Origin: Acidobacteriota bacterium
Lineage (GTDB): Bacteria > Acidobacteriota > UBA6911 > JACQSX01
NCBI GenBank assembly: GCA_036507075.1
Contig: DASXQR010000152.1
Location: 91,189-155,188, forward strand
Direction of reading: 5' to 3'
Length of the DNA: 64,000 nt
The notes beneath the pieces are model-generated. The model ran no database searches, was not told the DNA's origin, and worked only from the letters and a program-made list of their open reading frames with translations. Positions 51,510 to 60,822 of the stretch are shown here, one piece after another; within the stretch, counting starts at the first letter, position 1, and every line of letters begins with the position of its first letter. A program made the translations under genes and the position numbers.

Positions 51510-53066
51510 ATGAAGCTGTCGCAGATATCCTGGGTTTCCGGCGCGCTGATCTTTTGCGCGCTGTGGATGTTGATGGCAATGCAGCCGGGCGCCCCGGCCG
51601 CCGCCATCCTGAACTCGAACATGTGCGTTCAGTCGGGCTGTCACACCACCAATGCGCTAAACGCCAGGCCCGAGCTGCTCACTGTCACCGGCTTCCCTCT
51701 CGCCTATACTCCCGGAACCAGTCATGACATCACCGTGACGGTCGGCAATAATCCCAATCCTGTGTCCACGGGACCGCTGGCAGGTTTTGCCGCCTACGTG
51801 AATCGCGACGGGGGGATCAGCAGCGCTTCGATTGGAACACTGGTTCAAACCGATGCAGGCACGCGACTGTTAAGCGCGAATGCATCACCGACGACTGTAA
51901 TACGCTATGTCACCCACAGCTCCCCGCGCGCGGGGACGCCTTCGGCAACTTTCCGGTTTCGCTGGACGGCGCCAGCAACCGCCGACACAAATGCGGTGCT
52001 GGTCGTGGGATCCAATTCTGCGAACGGGAACGGGCAGAACACCGGAGACTTCATCAGCAAGAAAACATTCACTGCCACGCCGGCAGCGGTGAACTGCACA
52101 TTCACCTTGTCGGCCGCCGGTCAATCATTTGCGTCCGGCGCCGCCACGGGCAGCGCAGGCGTGACCGCCTCTGATGCAAGCTGCGCGTGGACCGCCTCCA
52201 GCAATGCCGCTTTCATCACCGTCACTTCCGGCGCCGGCGGAACGGGCAACGGAACTGTGAACTTCTCGGTGGCGGCAAATACGACGGCTTCGGTGCGGAC
52301 CGGAACGCTCACTGTCGCGGGACAGACCTTTACAGTGACACAGGCGGGAAATCTTCCGGAAAATGAGAAGGTCGATTTCGCCCAGTTCGGCGACGGCAAC
52401 GGCCTGACTTCAACGTTTATCATCATCAACCGTTCCATCACACAGTCGGTCAGCGGCACCATAAAACTGAATGACAGCAGCGGCAATCCCATATCACTTC
52501 AGGTAAACACGAAAATGGCGGCCGGCGCCCAATTCGAGCCGTTCGACATCAGCACGGTCCTGGTGAACGGCAGCTTCCCCTTCATTATTCCCCCGCTGGG
52601 CGTCGGCTTCTACGCCACCGACGGAAAGTCGACCACCACACAGGTGGGATCGGCCCGGTTGAGCTCGACGCTTCCTGTGGCGGCGACCATTCTGTTCGCC
52701 GCCAGCTTTGGAACAACGGGAGTGGGCGCGGTCACGCCGCTGACGCACTTTTCCGTGCCCATCGAGATGGACATTCCCAACGGGGTCCTGACCGGCGTTG
52801 CTATCGCCAATCCGACTGAAGCTTCCGTCACGGTGACGCTGCAGTTGCGCGATACCCATGGAGCTCCGGTCGCCGGCGGCAGCAAAACCGAAACGCTGCC
52901 CGCAAACGGGCAGATCGCCAGGTTCCCCAATGAGCTGTTTCCGACCTTGAATCTCAGCCAGTTCCGGGGGACTCTGGAAGTAACGGCCCCGGTCGGCCAG
53001 GACGGAATGGCAGTGCGTGTCAGTCCCGGCCAGTTTTCGACATTGCCGGTGGCGGCGATTAATTGA
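51510..53066 (+). CDS. Surface protein: Reeler/choice-of-anchor-V-like domain (CX4CH), BACON, shared C-terminal domain
   Basis: CVQSGCH, YTPG, FRWTAP, SANGNG...[11 protein letters not shown]...[12 protein letters not shown]...[16 protein letters not shown]...QFSTLPV. Confidence 0.8.
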   Translation: MKLSQISWVSGALIFCALWMLMAMQPGAPAAAILNSNMCVQSGCHTTNALNARPELLTVTGFPLAYTPGTSHDITVTVGNNPNPVSTGPLAGFAAYVNRDGGISSASIGTLVQTDAGTRLLSANASPTTVIRYVTHSSPRAGTPSATFRFRWTAPATADTNAVLVVGSNSANGNGQNTGDFISKKTFTATPAAVNCTFTLSAAGQSFASGAATGSAGVTASDASCAWTASSNAAFITVTSGAGGTGNGTVNFSVAANTTASVRTGTLTVAGQTFTVTQAGNLPENEKVDFAQFGDGNGLTSTFIIINRSITQSVSGTIKLNDSSGNPISLQVNTKMAAGAQFEPFDISTVLVNGSFPFIIPPLGVGFYATDGKSTTTQVGSARLSSTLPVAATILFAASFGTTGVGAVTPLTHFSVPIEMDIPNGVLTGVAIANPTEASVTVTLQLRDTHGAPVAGGSKTETLPANGQIARFPNELFPTLNLSQFRGTLEVTAPVGQDGMAVRVSPGQFSTLPVAAIN

Positions 53067-53069
53067 GCG

Positions 53070-53332
53070 AGGGGTTTGCGGGTTTGCGGGTTTGCGAGGT
53101 TGGGGTTTTGTTCGGAGTCCGCGTGTCAGGGTTCCGCCCAAATCCGAACCGCGCGCGTAAGCAAGCGGACCCTCCAGGGGGATGGAGAGATGGAGGTCTA
53201 GAGTGAGGGAAAGAGAGAGTTCTGTACGCGGCTTTGGCCTGCGCTCCAAAAGTCTCCCTCTTCCCATCCCTCATTCCTCTCCATCTCTCCATCCCCCTGG
53301 AGGATCCGCTTGCTTACGCGCGCGGTTCGGAT
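53070..53332. repeat. GGGTTTGC tract, then a REP pair (CCGAACCGCGCGCGTAAGCAAGCGG) enclosing octamer arms
   Basis: About 50-bp near-perfect inverted repeat, 53142-53332. Confidence 0.85.
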
Positions 53333-53373
53333 GACGGAGAATCAAATTGAAAGAATTCTTAACCGAGGAATGA

Positions 53374-54915
53374 ATGAAGCTTCTTAAATTCTGTACTATT
53401 TTAGCCGCACTCGCTTTTGTGGCCATTTGCATATTATTGGCGCATTCGGACGGCGCGCCCTCTGAGGCAATCACCGCTTCAAATATGTGCATCCAATCAG
53501 GCTGTCACACGGGCACGCTCAATGGAACCGCCGGCCTTTTAACCGTAAGCGGATTTCCTTCTTCGTATACGCCGGGAACTGCTTACAACATGACGGTCAC
53601 AGTCAAGAAAAACCCAACGGTGAGCGCCGCGGCGGCCCGCGCCGGGTTTGCCGCTTTTGTTAACAAAGATGGCACGGGCAATTCTCCCTCGATCGGCACC
53701 CTTGCTTTGACCGATACCGGAACCAAGCTTGATGTGGCAACGACGATAAACGGCTTGATTCGGTACGTCACTCATAACAGCACACTCAGGACGTCGGGAA
53801 CCGGCGACATAAACTTTACATTCCGATGGACCGCTCCTTCCACTACCTCCGGCAATGTGGTGCTGGTGGTGGGTTCAAACTCGGCAAACGGCAACGGCAT
53901 GGAAACCGGAGACTTCATCAGCAAATCCACTTTCACCGCCACACCCGCCGCCGTGAACTGCACGTTTACCATCGCACCCACGACGCAGGCACTCCCGGCA
54001 GCCGGCGGAGATGGCAGTATTGCAGTGACCGCTTCAGATTCCAGTTGCACCTGGACCGCTTCCAGCAATGCGTCGTTCATCACCATCAGCTCGGGCGCCA
54101 CCGGCACCGGCAACGGAACGGTAAATTTCTCGGTGGCGGCAAATACCACCGACTCTGTGCGAACCGGCACCCTGACGGTAGCCGGCCAGACGTTCACGGT
54201 TACACAGGCGGCCCCCGCACCCGAGAATGAGAAAGTCGAATTCTCGCAATTCGGAGACGGCGGCGGGCTGACTTCAACCTTCGAGATCATCAACCGTTCC
54301 AGCACCCAGACCGTCAGCGGCACGGTCAGGCTTTTTGACAGCGGCGGAAATCCGATCACTGTAAACATCAACACCAAGGCGGCGCCCGGCGATTCGCTCA
54401 ATACGGCGGTGGTCAACGGCAGCTTCACGTTCAGTATTCCGCCGCTGGGTGTCGGCTTTTATTCCACGGACGGAAAATCGTCCAGCGTGCAGGTGGGTTC
54501 GGCCCAGTTGAGCTCCACGCTTCCGGTGGCAGCGACCATCCTGTTTGCCAGCAGCGCCGGAACGACCGGTGTCGGCGCCGTGACGCCGCTGCAGCACTTT
54601 TCCGTTCCGATCGAGATGGACATCCCCAAGGGAATTCTCACGGGCGTGGCGATAGCCAACCCGACCGGATCTCCAGTGACCGTTACGCTGCAGTTGCGTG
54701 ATACAAACGGAAACCCGGTGAGCGGAGGCAGTACCACGATCACGCTGGCGGCCAACGGACAGGTTGCACGGTTTCCGAATGAAATGTTCCTGTTGTTGAA
54801 CCTGAATCAATTCAAGGGTACGCTGGAGGTTACTGCGCCCGTCGGCCAGGACGGCATGGCCGTACGCGTCAGCCCGGGCCAGTTCTCGACGCTGCCGGTG
54901 GCGGCGATTAACTAA
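53374..54915 (+). CDS. Tandem paralog of the 51510 surface protein
   Basis: AHSDGAP, CIQSGCH, same architecture; C-terminal domain nearly identical. Confidence 0.8.
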   Translation: MKLLKFCTILAALAFVAICILLAHSDGAPSEAITASNMCIQSGCHTGTLNGTAGLLTVSGFPSSYTPGTAYNMTVTVKKNPTVSAAAARAGFAAFVNKDGTGNSPSIGTLALTDTGTKLDVATTINGLIRYVTHNSTLRTSGTGDINFTFRWTAPSTTSGNVVLVVGSNSANGNGMETGDFISKSTFTATPAAVNCTFTIAPTTQALPAAGGDGSIAVTASDSSCTWTASSNASFITISSGATGTGNGTVNFSVAANTTDSVRTGTLTVAGQTFTVTQAAPAPENEKVEFSQFGDGGGLTSTFEIINRSSTQTVSGTVRLFDSGGNPITVNINTKAAPGDSLNTAVVNGSFTFSIPPLGVGFYSTDGKSSSVQVGSAQLSSTLPVAATILFASSAGTTGVGAVTPLQHFSVPIEMDIPKGILTGVAIANPTGSPVTVTLQLRDTNGNPVSGGSTTITLAANGQVARFPNEMFLLLNLNQFKGTLEVTAPVGQDGMAVRVSPGQFSTLPVAAIN

Positions 54916-54924
54916 GCATTGAAA

Positions 54925-55120
54925 GTTGGCGGGTTGCGGGTTCCGGGTGATTTGCCACGAAGGCACGAAGACACAAAGGACGACGATCGAGTTAGAAATG
55001 CCACCTCCCCGACAACTGGATCGAGTTAGGAGAAGTGTCACTTCAAAATGAATGGCGATTCTTCGTGCCTTCGTGGCAAATCCCGCTGACGGTCCGCTTG
55101 CTTACGCACGCGGCTCGGAC
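54925..55120. mobile_element. Second, diverged copy of the 14156 composite element with its core inverted
   Basis: Core aligns with the reverse complement of 14215-14303; left outer REP replaced by GGGTTGC heptamers. Confidence 0.8.
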
Positions 55121-55137
55121 GAATGCGTAGGTTGCTT

Positions 55138-55362
55138 ATGCGAACAACTCCGTTGTTCTGGGTGGGTCTGGCGCTGATTCTGATAGGTCTGGCGATTATC
55201 TTCATGGGCGGGATTCCTCACCGCGAGTCCCATTCTGCAGATCTTGGGCCGGTCAAACTCAAGGTGGAAGAACGGACGCGCCGGCCGGTGCCGCCACTGG
55301 TGAGCTTCGGAATTGTCGCTCTTGGTGGTCTTCTGATGATAATGGGAACGAGGGCGAAATAA
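55138..55362 (+). CDS. Small two-TM membrane protein (DUF3185-like)
   Basis: TM, ADLGPVKLKVEE...VPP, TM. Confidence 0.7.
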   Translation: MRTTPLFWVGLALILIGLAIIFMGGIPHRESHSADLGPVKLKVEERTRRPVPPLVSFGIVALGGLLMIMGTRAK

Positions 55363-55390
55363 GTCGAAAGTCGAGCGTCGCGTTCTCCAG

Positions 55391-55570
55391 GGTCAGTACC
55401 GCGGGGGGCGTCAGCCCGCGGGGGGCGTATCAACTTATCTCCACTTATGTCATTACCGCGGGGCGTCAGCCCGCGGCACTCTCATCATCGTCACCTCTGA
55501 CCCACCAGTGCGGCGCTGAGGCTCGGGCGGACCGGTAGGCGCGCCGCGGGCTGACGCCCCGCGGTAATGA
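55391..55570. repeat. Three REP copies (TACCGCGGGGCGTCAGCCCGCGG family)
   Basis: Two direct and one inverted, between convergent genes. Confidence 0.82.
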
Positions 55571-55580
55571 TGGAGGCGCT

Positions 55581-56843
55581 TTACTGCAGCAGCACACCCC
55601 GCTCGTCCTGGTAGAAGATCCCCAGTTCGCCGCGCTTGCTGACTTCGGCGATCAAAGCATCCAGGTAGACGGCAAAGCGATGCAGGTTGTGATGCCGATC
55701 ATCTTCGCTTCCGCAATTAGATAACAACTCCAGGAAGTTTTGAACTTCGAGCTGGTCCTTATACATCAGGTATTGCATGGTGGTCTTCGCGAAGCTGCGC
55801 AGAGTGGCGACAAATCCTTCAAAGTCCCGGTCCTGCGATGCGGCGCCCACCTTCTGGGCGAGTTTCTTCAGGTCATTCAGCAGACGCACTGACTGCTCGT
55901 AACGCTCAAAAATATTGTCGAACACTTCGTAGCGGTTGAAATCAGGGTTGAAGCACTTGGCGAGCGTGATAAAGCAGTTCTGGTAGCAGTTCCAGAGCAA
56001 GCCGCTGCTGTCTTCCAGCCTGACGCGGACATTGTCCTCCCTTTCGGATTGGTCGATCAGCTTCAGCTCCTGTTCGAATACGCGGCGGTTTTCGATCTTC
56101 AGCGCCGATGTCGCTATTTGGAAAGACTCGCCTATGCGAGGGTCCTTGTTCATCATCACGCCGGCGAAGGCTTTCAGCCGGCGCAAAAGCACCTGCGCTT
56201 CAAAATGGATCAGGGTGAAGATCAGGAAGAAATGCTTCGGCCGGTAAACCCCGCGCAATCTGGAATTCATGAACCTGAGGTATGCCATCAGCCGCACGAA
56301 ATAGAGAAACAACTCGCTTACTTCGACCCTCAGCGGAATAGACCGCGTCCGGATCAGGACGTTGGAGGAAATTACCGGCGCTACCCTGGTTTCAAAATAG
56401 CTGTAGTTGAGTGCCGTAAAGTAAGGCGTTCCCCTGAAGCTCTCGAATTCGCGGCGCAGCAGGTTGCCTACGCTTTTGAATAACCTCAGGTCCACAGCCA
56501 CCTTGGCCAGCATCCCGGTCAGCACTGTACGAATCTGCTTTATCGAGTCAGCAAGGGTATCGACATTGCTGTCTTCTTTTTTCTCGCCGTCGCTTTCGCC
56601 CTCCGCCACGACCGCCCCGTTGGATGGATTCCCCGGATCAGCCTTCAGTTTTTCGCAGAGTTCCTCAATGCGCCGCACCATCTCGAGAGCCAGCTCAAGT
56701 TCTGCCCTGAAATCCTGCCCGTCGGCGGCGTCCCTCTTGGTGAAGGGAAAGCGCTTGTAACGGAAAAGAATCGGTACCGATTTCAACCACAATTCGAGTT
56801 CCAGGAACTCGTTGATGCTAAAAATCGATTCACGATTTTCCAT
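55581..56843 (-). CDS. Hypothetical all-helical protein
   Basis: 420-aa ORF, TATACT upstream; no function recognised. Confidence 0.7.
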   Translation of the reverse strand: MENRESIFSINEFLELELWLKSVPILFRYKRFPFTKRDAADGQDFRAELELALEMVRRIEELCEKLKADPGNPSNGAVVAEGESDGEKKEDSNVDTLADSIKQIRTVLTGMLAKVAVDLRLFKSVGNLLRREFESFRGTPYFTALNYSYFETRVAPVISSNVLIRTRSIPLRVEVSELFLYFVRLMAYLRFMNSRLRGVYRPKHFFLIFTLIHFEAQVLLRRLKAFAGVMMNKDPRIGESFQIATSALKIENRRVFEQELKLIDQSEREDNVRVRLEDSSGLLWNCYQNCFITLAKCFNPDFNRYEVFDNIFERYEQSVRLLNDLKKLAQKVGAASQDRDFEGFVATLRSFAKTTMQYLMYKDQLEVQNFLELLSNCGSEDDRHHNLHRFAVYLDALIAEVSKRGELGIFYQDERGVLLQ

Positions 56844-56937
56844 AGCGGTCCAAAACTTAAGTATAGAAACAGGCCGGGTTCGGTACTGTGACGGGGGATA
56901 CAGACGTCAACACAAAACGACTATCCGCGGCGTCGCC

Positions 56938-57253
56938 GGGGAGTGGGGGAGTGGAGGAGTGGCAGAGTGAGGGAGTGAGAGCGGAGAGTGCGAGAGTGGG
57001 GGAGTGCGGGATTTCGGCGACGTCCGAACCGTGCGCGTAAGCAAGCGGACCCTCGATTGAGCACCTCTGCACGGCGTTAGAAATGTACGTCATGTGGCCT
57101 TGTGTATTCGGCTTATGCGAAGGTGGCTGCAGGGAGAATCCGCTTGCTTACGCGCGCGGTTCGGTTGTCGCCGAAGCTCCCCAGTCCCCACTCAGCCACT
57201 CTCCCGCTCCCCCACTCTCCCGCTCCCCGCTCTCCCACTCTCCCGCTCCCCTC
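56938..57253. repeat. Octamer arms (GGGAGWGN/CTCTCCCG) enclosing a REP pair
   Basis: G-rich arm, REP at 57023, inverted REP at 57139, C-rich arm. Confidence 0.85.
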
Positions 57254-57275
57254 TTGATGCAATAATGTGACTGTC

Positions 57276-58160
57276 ATGTTCGCCGGATCGAACCTGAAAA
57301 GTCGCACTGCCCGGCTCGCCGTTACTGTCGCCGCATTGCTGGCGGTTGCGAAGCTGGCCATCGGGATCTGGATGAATTCGGTGACTGTAATGGCCACGGC
57401 CGCCGATTCGCTCCTTGACATGTTTGCTTCCGTCATCAATTTCCTGTCGATCCGCAAGGCACAGACACCTCCCGACCGTGAACACCCGTTCGGTCACGGA
57501 AAAGCGGAGAGCCTGGCGGGGCTGTTTCAGTTCCTTGCGATCTTATTCACTTCACTTGTGCTCGGCTGGCAGGCTTATCGAAAGCTTCTTGCAGAGGGAC
57601 CGACTTTATACCTTCCGGCGGGTATTGCTGTTCTGGCAGCGTCGAGTGTCGCCAGCGGATACGTTGCCTATCGGCTGAGGCGTGTCGGAAAAGACACAGA
57701 GTCGCTGGCACTGATCGCCGACAGCATTCACTATCGCATGGACGTATTCACCAACGTGGGTGCGATGGCAGGACTGCTGATCATCATGTGGCGCCAATGG
57801 CACTGGGTCGACGCGGCCATATCGCTGGTGATCTCCGTTGCCATTCTGGCGGCGGCAGTGCGAGTCGGCCTGCGCTCAGTGGATGAATTGATGGACCGCA
57901 ATCTGCCGGACGAAACACGCGTGCAGATTGATCAGATCCTGGCAGAATTCAAACCCGACATCATCAGCTATCACAATCTGCGCACGCGCAAATCGGGTTC
58001 GCACAAGTTCATCGACCTGCACATCGTCATTCCCGCAGATTATCCGTTTGGAAAAGCACATCGGCTGACAGAAGAAGTGATGGCGCGGATCCAAAGGCGT
58101 ATCCCGAATTCCGACGTGATGATCCACACCGACCCGGCCGGCGAGGCGGACTTGTTCTAG
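57276..58160 (+). CDS. fieF: Cation diffusion facilitator (FieF-like)
   Basis: DSLLD, PPDREHPFGHGKAESL, ADSIHYRMD, HNLRTR, IHTDP. Confidence 0.9.
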   Translation: MFAGSNLKSRTARLAVTVAALLAVAKLAIGIWMNSVTVMATAADSLLDMFASVINFLSIRKAQTPPDREHPFGHGKAESLAGLFQFLAILFTSLVLGWQAYRKLLAEGPTLYLPAGIAVLAASSVASGYVAYRLRRVGKDTESLALIADSIHYRMDVFTNVGAMAGLLIIMWRQWHWVDAAISLVISVAILAAAVRVGLRSVDELMDRNLPDETRVQIDQILAEFKPDIISYHNLRTRKSGSHKFIDLHIVIPADYPFGKAHRLTEEVMARIQRRIPNSDVMIHTDPAGEADLF

Positions 58161-58167
58161 AAAATCG

Positions 58168-58329
58168 AACCGCCAAGAGCGCCAAGAACGCCAAGATCAT
58201 TATTTCAGACCCTGCAACGCTGAGCGCCGGCTAGTCCGCCACGCTTTTAACGCGACGCCATTAGTCAGCAATCTGAAAGTCAATAGTGGAAAAGAAATAC
58301 TTGGCGGTCTTGGCGGTCTTGGCGGTTCC
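58168..58329. repeat. 9-mer CGCCAAGAN / CTTGGCGGT inverted arrays
   Basis: Three units per arm. Confidence 0.8.
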
Positions 58330-58333
58330 GATT

Positions 58334-58798
58334 TCAGACGAACTGCTCCAGGCGCAGCTCGTTGACGATGTCACGCACTCCGCGCACGGCGTAAATCACG
58401 TCGAGCACGTCTTTCATCTGATCGCTGTCAACAACGGTTCCCTTGACAGTGACTACGCCGTTGAAGGTGTCCACGCTCAGGTTGGCAACATTGCGGCTTT
58501 TCACATTGCGGCCCAGTTCGGTGCGGACCCGCTGGGTCACCGTCTCGTCGGATGCATACTCGGGCGTGGAAAACTTGCGCCTCGTCTCGTAGAAAATCCC
58601 GCGCAGGCGATTACGTTCGTACTCGGCCCGCCTGCGCAAAAACTCGCCGCCACGGCCAAGCAGCTTTCCCCCGTGGCGCGCCTTTTGACCAATCCAGTCC
58701 CTGGTCTGTCTGCCCGTGCGCGGAGCCAGCAGAATTCCCAGCGCCAGACCCGCAGCGGCGCCCAGCAGCGTTCCAACTACAACATTCCTTCGACTCAT
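58334..58798 (-). CDS. YtxH-like N-terminus plus BON domain protein
   Basis: GILLAPRTGRQTR; DETVTQRVRTEL...GVVTVKG...VRGVRDIVNEL. Confidence 0.85.
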   Translation of the reverse strand: MSRRNVVVGTLLGAAAGLALGILLAPRTGRQTRDWIGQKARHGGKLLGRGGEFLRRRAEYERNRLRGIFYETRRKFSTPEYASDETVTQRVRTELGRNVKSRNVANLSVDTFNGVVTVKGTVVDSDQMKDVLDVIYAVRGVRDIVNELRLEQFV

Positions 58799-58801
58799 AG
58801 A

Positions 58802-59056
58802 TCAGGTCCGCCTGCCGACCAGAACTCGATAGATCGCAAGTACGATAATCGCCCCCAGGATTGACAAAATCCAGCTCGGCTTGGCACTCGGTTCGCTATA
58901 AAGCCCAAGCATCCTTCCAAGATAACCGCCCAGCATCGCGCCAACGACACCCAGCAGAATAGTAATGATGCAGCCGCCCGGGTCGCGTCCCGGCATAATC
59001 AGCTTCGCCAAAGCCCCCACGATCAGGCCGAACAGAATCCACGCCAGTATCCCCAT
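58802..59056 (-). CDS. GlsB/YeaQ/YmgE family membrane protein
   Basis: MGILAWILFGLIVGALAKLIMPGRDPGG...GA. Confidence 0.92.
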   Translation of the reverse strand: MGILAWILFGLIVGALAKLIMPGRDPGGCIITILLGVVGAMLGGYLGRMLGLYSEPSAKPSWILSILGAIIVLAIYRVLVGRRT

Positions 59057-59144
59057 GTCCTACTCTCCGCTTCCTCTGAAAGTGCATCGCATTGCGACAA
59101 CTTCAGTTTAGCAGCACAGCCAATCAAATGCGGATCTACCCAAG

Positions 59145-59242
59145 TGCGGATTTCGGAATGCGGAATGCGGAATATAAGCCAGATCGAGTTCCGCAAGCCG
59201 AGATCACAATCAAATCCAATTCCGCATTCCGAAATCCGCATT
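59145..59242. repeat. Inverted GCGGAAT/ATTCCGC heptamer arrays
   Basis: Same left arm as 16436. Confidence 0.82.
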
Positions 59243-59248
59243 TGAGCA

Positions 59249-59920
59249 TCAGTGAATCCACTTCTCCAATTCTGCCTGGAGGAGTTTGGGAGTGTATTTT
59301 GTACCATGATTCAGGCCGAGATTTTGAAGCCAAACGGTCGGCTCGGGAGCAGCATTCCCCCAAAACACCTGGGGCTTGTAAACCACGAAAATGTCCCAGG
59401 CAAGGGTATTGGCAGGAAAGTTCAACTGGGTGGTGTACAGCTTCAGACCGTAGCTCCACAGATCCCAGAAATGAGCTGATCTGGCGTCGGGCAGATAACC
59501 GGAGGCAATCTCGGCGGCGCGCCGGTTGTCGCTGGTGCGGATTGGACCCCACAGAACAAATACTTTGATTTTTGCTTTCGGATTCTGTTCCAAAAACTCG
59601 CGAACTTCGGAGGCCCCCCGAAGACAATGCCCTCAGGTGGGGGAAAAAACCAGCACCAGGCGCACTCGATCTGCCGAAGCATTGAAGGCCTTTATGAATT
59701 CCGCGCCGCCAAACGATATCGTAGTAACCGGCTGCATCTCGCCGGGCGGGGGAAGCGTAAAGGGAGCCGGCTGTGTTGCGGGTTGCTGCGAACCCTGGGG
59801 CGGAGGCACCTTATCGTTCTGTCCCGCAGCAGTCTGTGGATGGCGCTGCGCCACTGTTGCCGGAGAATGAAGAATTCCCAGGAGTGCGGTCATGAAAATC
59901 AGACAAAATACGCGTCTCAT
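59249..59920 (-). CDS. Exported thioredoxin-like selenoprotein (SPT-U-GHC), 223 aa with UGA read-through at 59633-59635
   Basis: Two track ORFs share a frame and are joined by one TGA that gives UxxC; a hairpin follows. Confidence 0.78.
59605..59623 (-). promoter_or_regulatory. Candidate bacterial SECIS hairpin CTTCGGGG-GGC-CTCCGAAG
   Basis: Starts 9 nt after the UGA; G-starting loop about 17 nt downstream. Confidence 0.6.
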
Positions 59921-60070
59921 AGAATCGAAATCGTCCTGTTGTTTGGGGGATAACTTACCGGACACGGTAAAAGTCTCCGGTTGCAATCTTATCCACTGAT
60001 CTCTCAAGATACCCAATTGGGCGTAAAGTTGGCAACTTTGTTGTTTCCAGAGGGGTGTTCCGAGGTCTGA

Positions 60071-60130
60071 ATCACCACAAAGGCACAAAGGCACGAAGAG
60101 TCTTTGTGCCTTTGTGTCTTTGTGGTGATT
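60071..60130. repeat. CACAAAG-type inverted repeat
   Basis: Arms read directly. Confidence 0.8.
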
Positions 60131-60179
60131 CTTTAACAGAGTCTTTCCTGCGCTTGCTCGGAACAGGAGTTACAGAGTT

Positions 60180-60758
60180 ATGACGTCTGGAGAGAAGGTC
60201 TTCATCACATTCCTGCTGGCGTTCTGCATTCCCGTGACATCGCTGCAGGCGCAGAGCCGGCTTGGGCAGCGAGCCGGATGGACTGCGCTCGATCCGGCCG
60301 TACTGGCGCTTTTGGAGCGTCGCCTGACCCCGGCTGATCTGAAAAGGTTTGTCGAGTTCAGCGAAGCTCTGGGGTTGGTGCAATCAGAGTTTCCAAAGCT
60401 GGCCGGCCGTCGGCCGGCGCCGACAAACCCGATGGTTGCCCTCGGCAACATGGCGGTGCTTTTTACAAACCTGGCAAATAATTATGGTCAGAAGGGCGAT
60501 CTTTCCCTTGCCGGCAAGTGCGCCGCCACCGCGCTGAAGCTCAATGCCAACCATGTGCCCGCCATGCTCACGCTGATTCAGATCAATCTGCAAACCGGCA
60601 ACTGTCCCACCGCCAAGAGTCTGATTTCGATGGCGCGAAGCACGCTGGCCCGCCTGGCACAGGCGTCGCAGAAGCAGGGCGCCGCGGACAAGAACGCTAT
60701 TCAGCTCTACGGCGATATGCGCAAACAACTGGATGCCTTCGCGCGGCAATGCCCTTAG
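60180..60758 (+). CDS. Exported TPR-containing protein
   Basis: Signal peptide; NLANNYGQKGDLSLA...ALKLNANHVPA. Confidence 0.7.
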   Translation: MTSGEKVFITFLLAFCIPVTSLQAQSRLGQRAGWTALDPAVLALLERRLTPADLKRFVEFSEALGLVQSEFPKLAGRRPAPTNPMVALGNMAVLFTNLANNYGQKGDLSLAGKCAATALKLNANHVPAMLTLIQINLQTGNCPTAKSLISMARSTLARLAQASQKQGAADKNAIQLYGDMRKQLDAFARQCP

Positions 60759-60822
60759 AAGGGGTTATGAAGGGGGATGAAGGGGAATGAGCCGCCAGCC
60801 AAGCCGCGCGCGTGAGCCCGGA

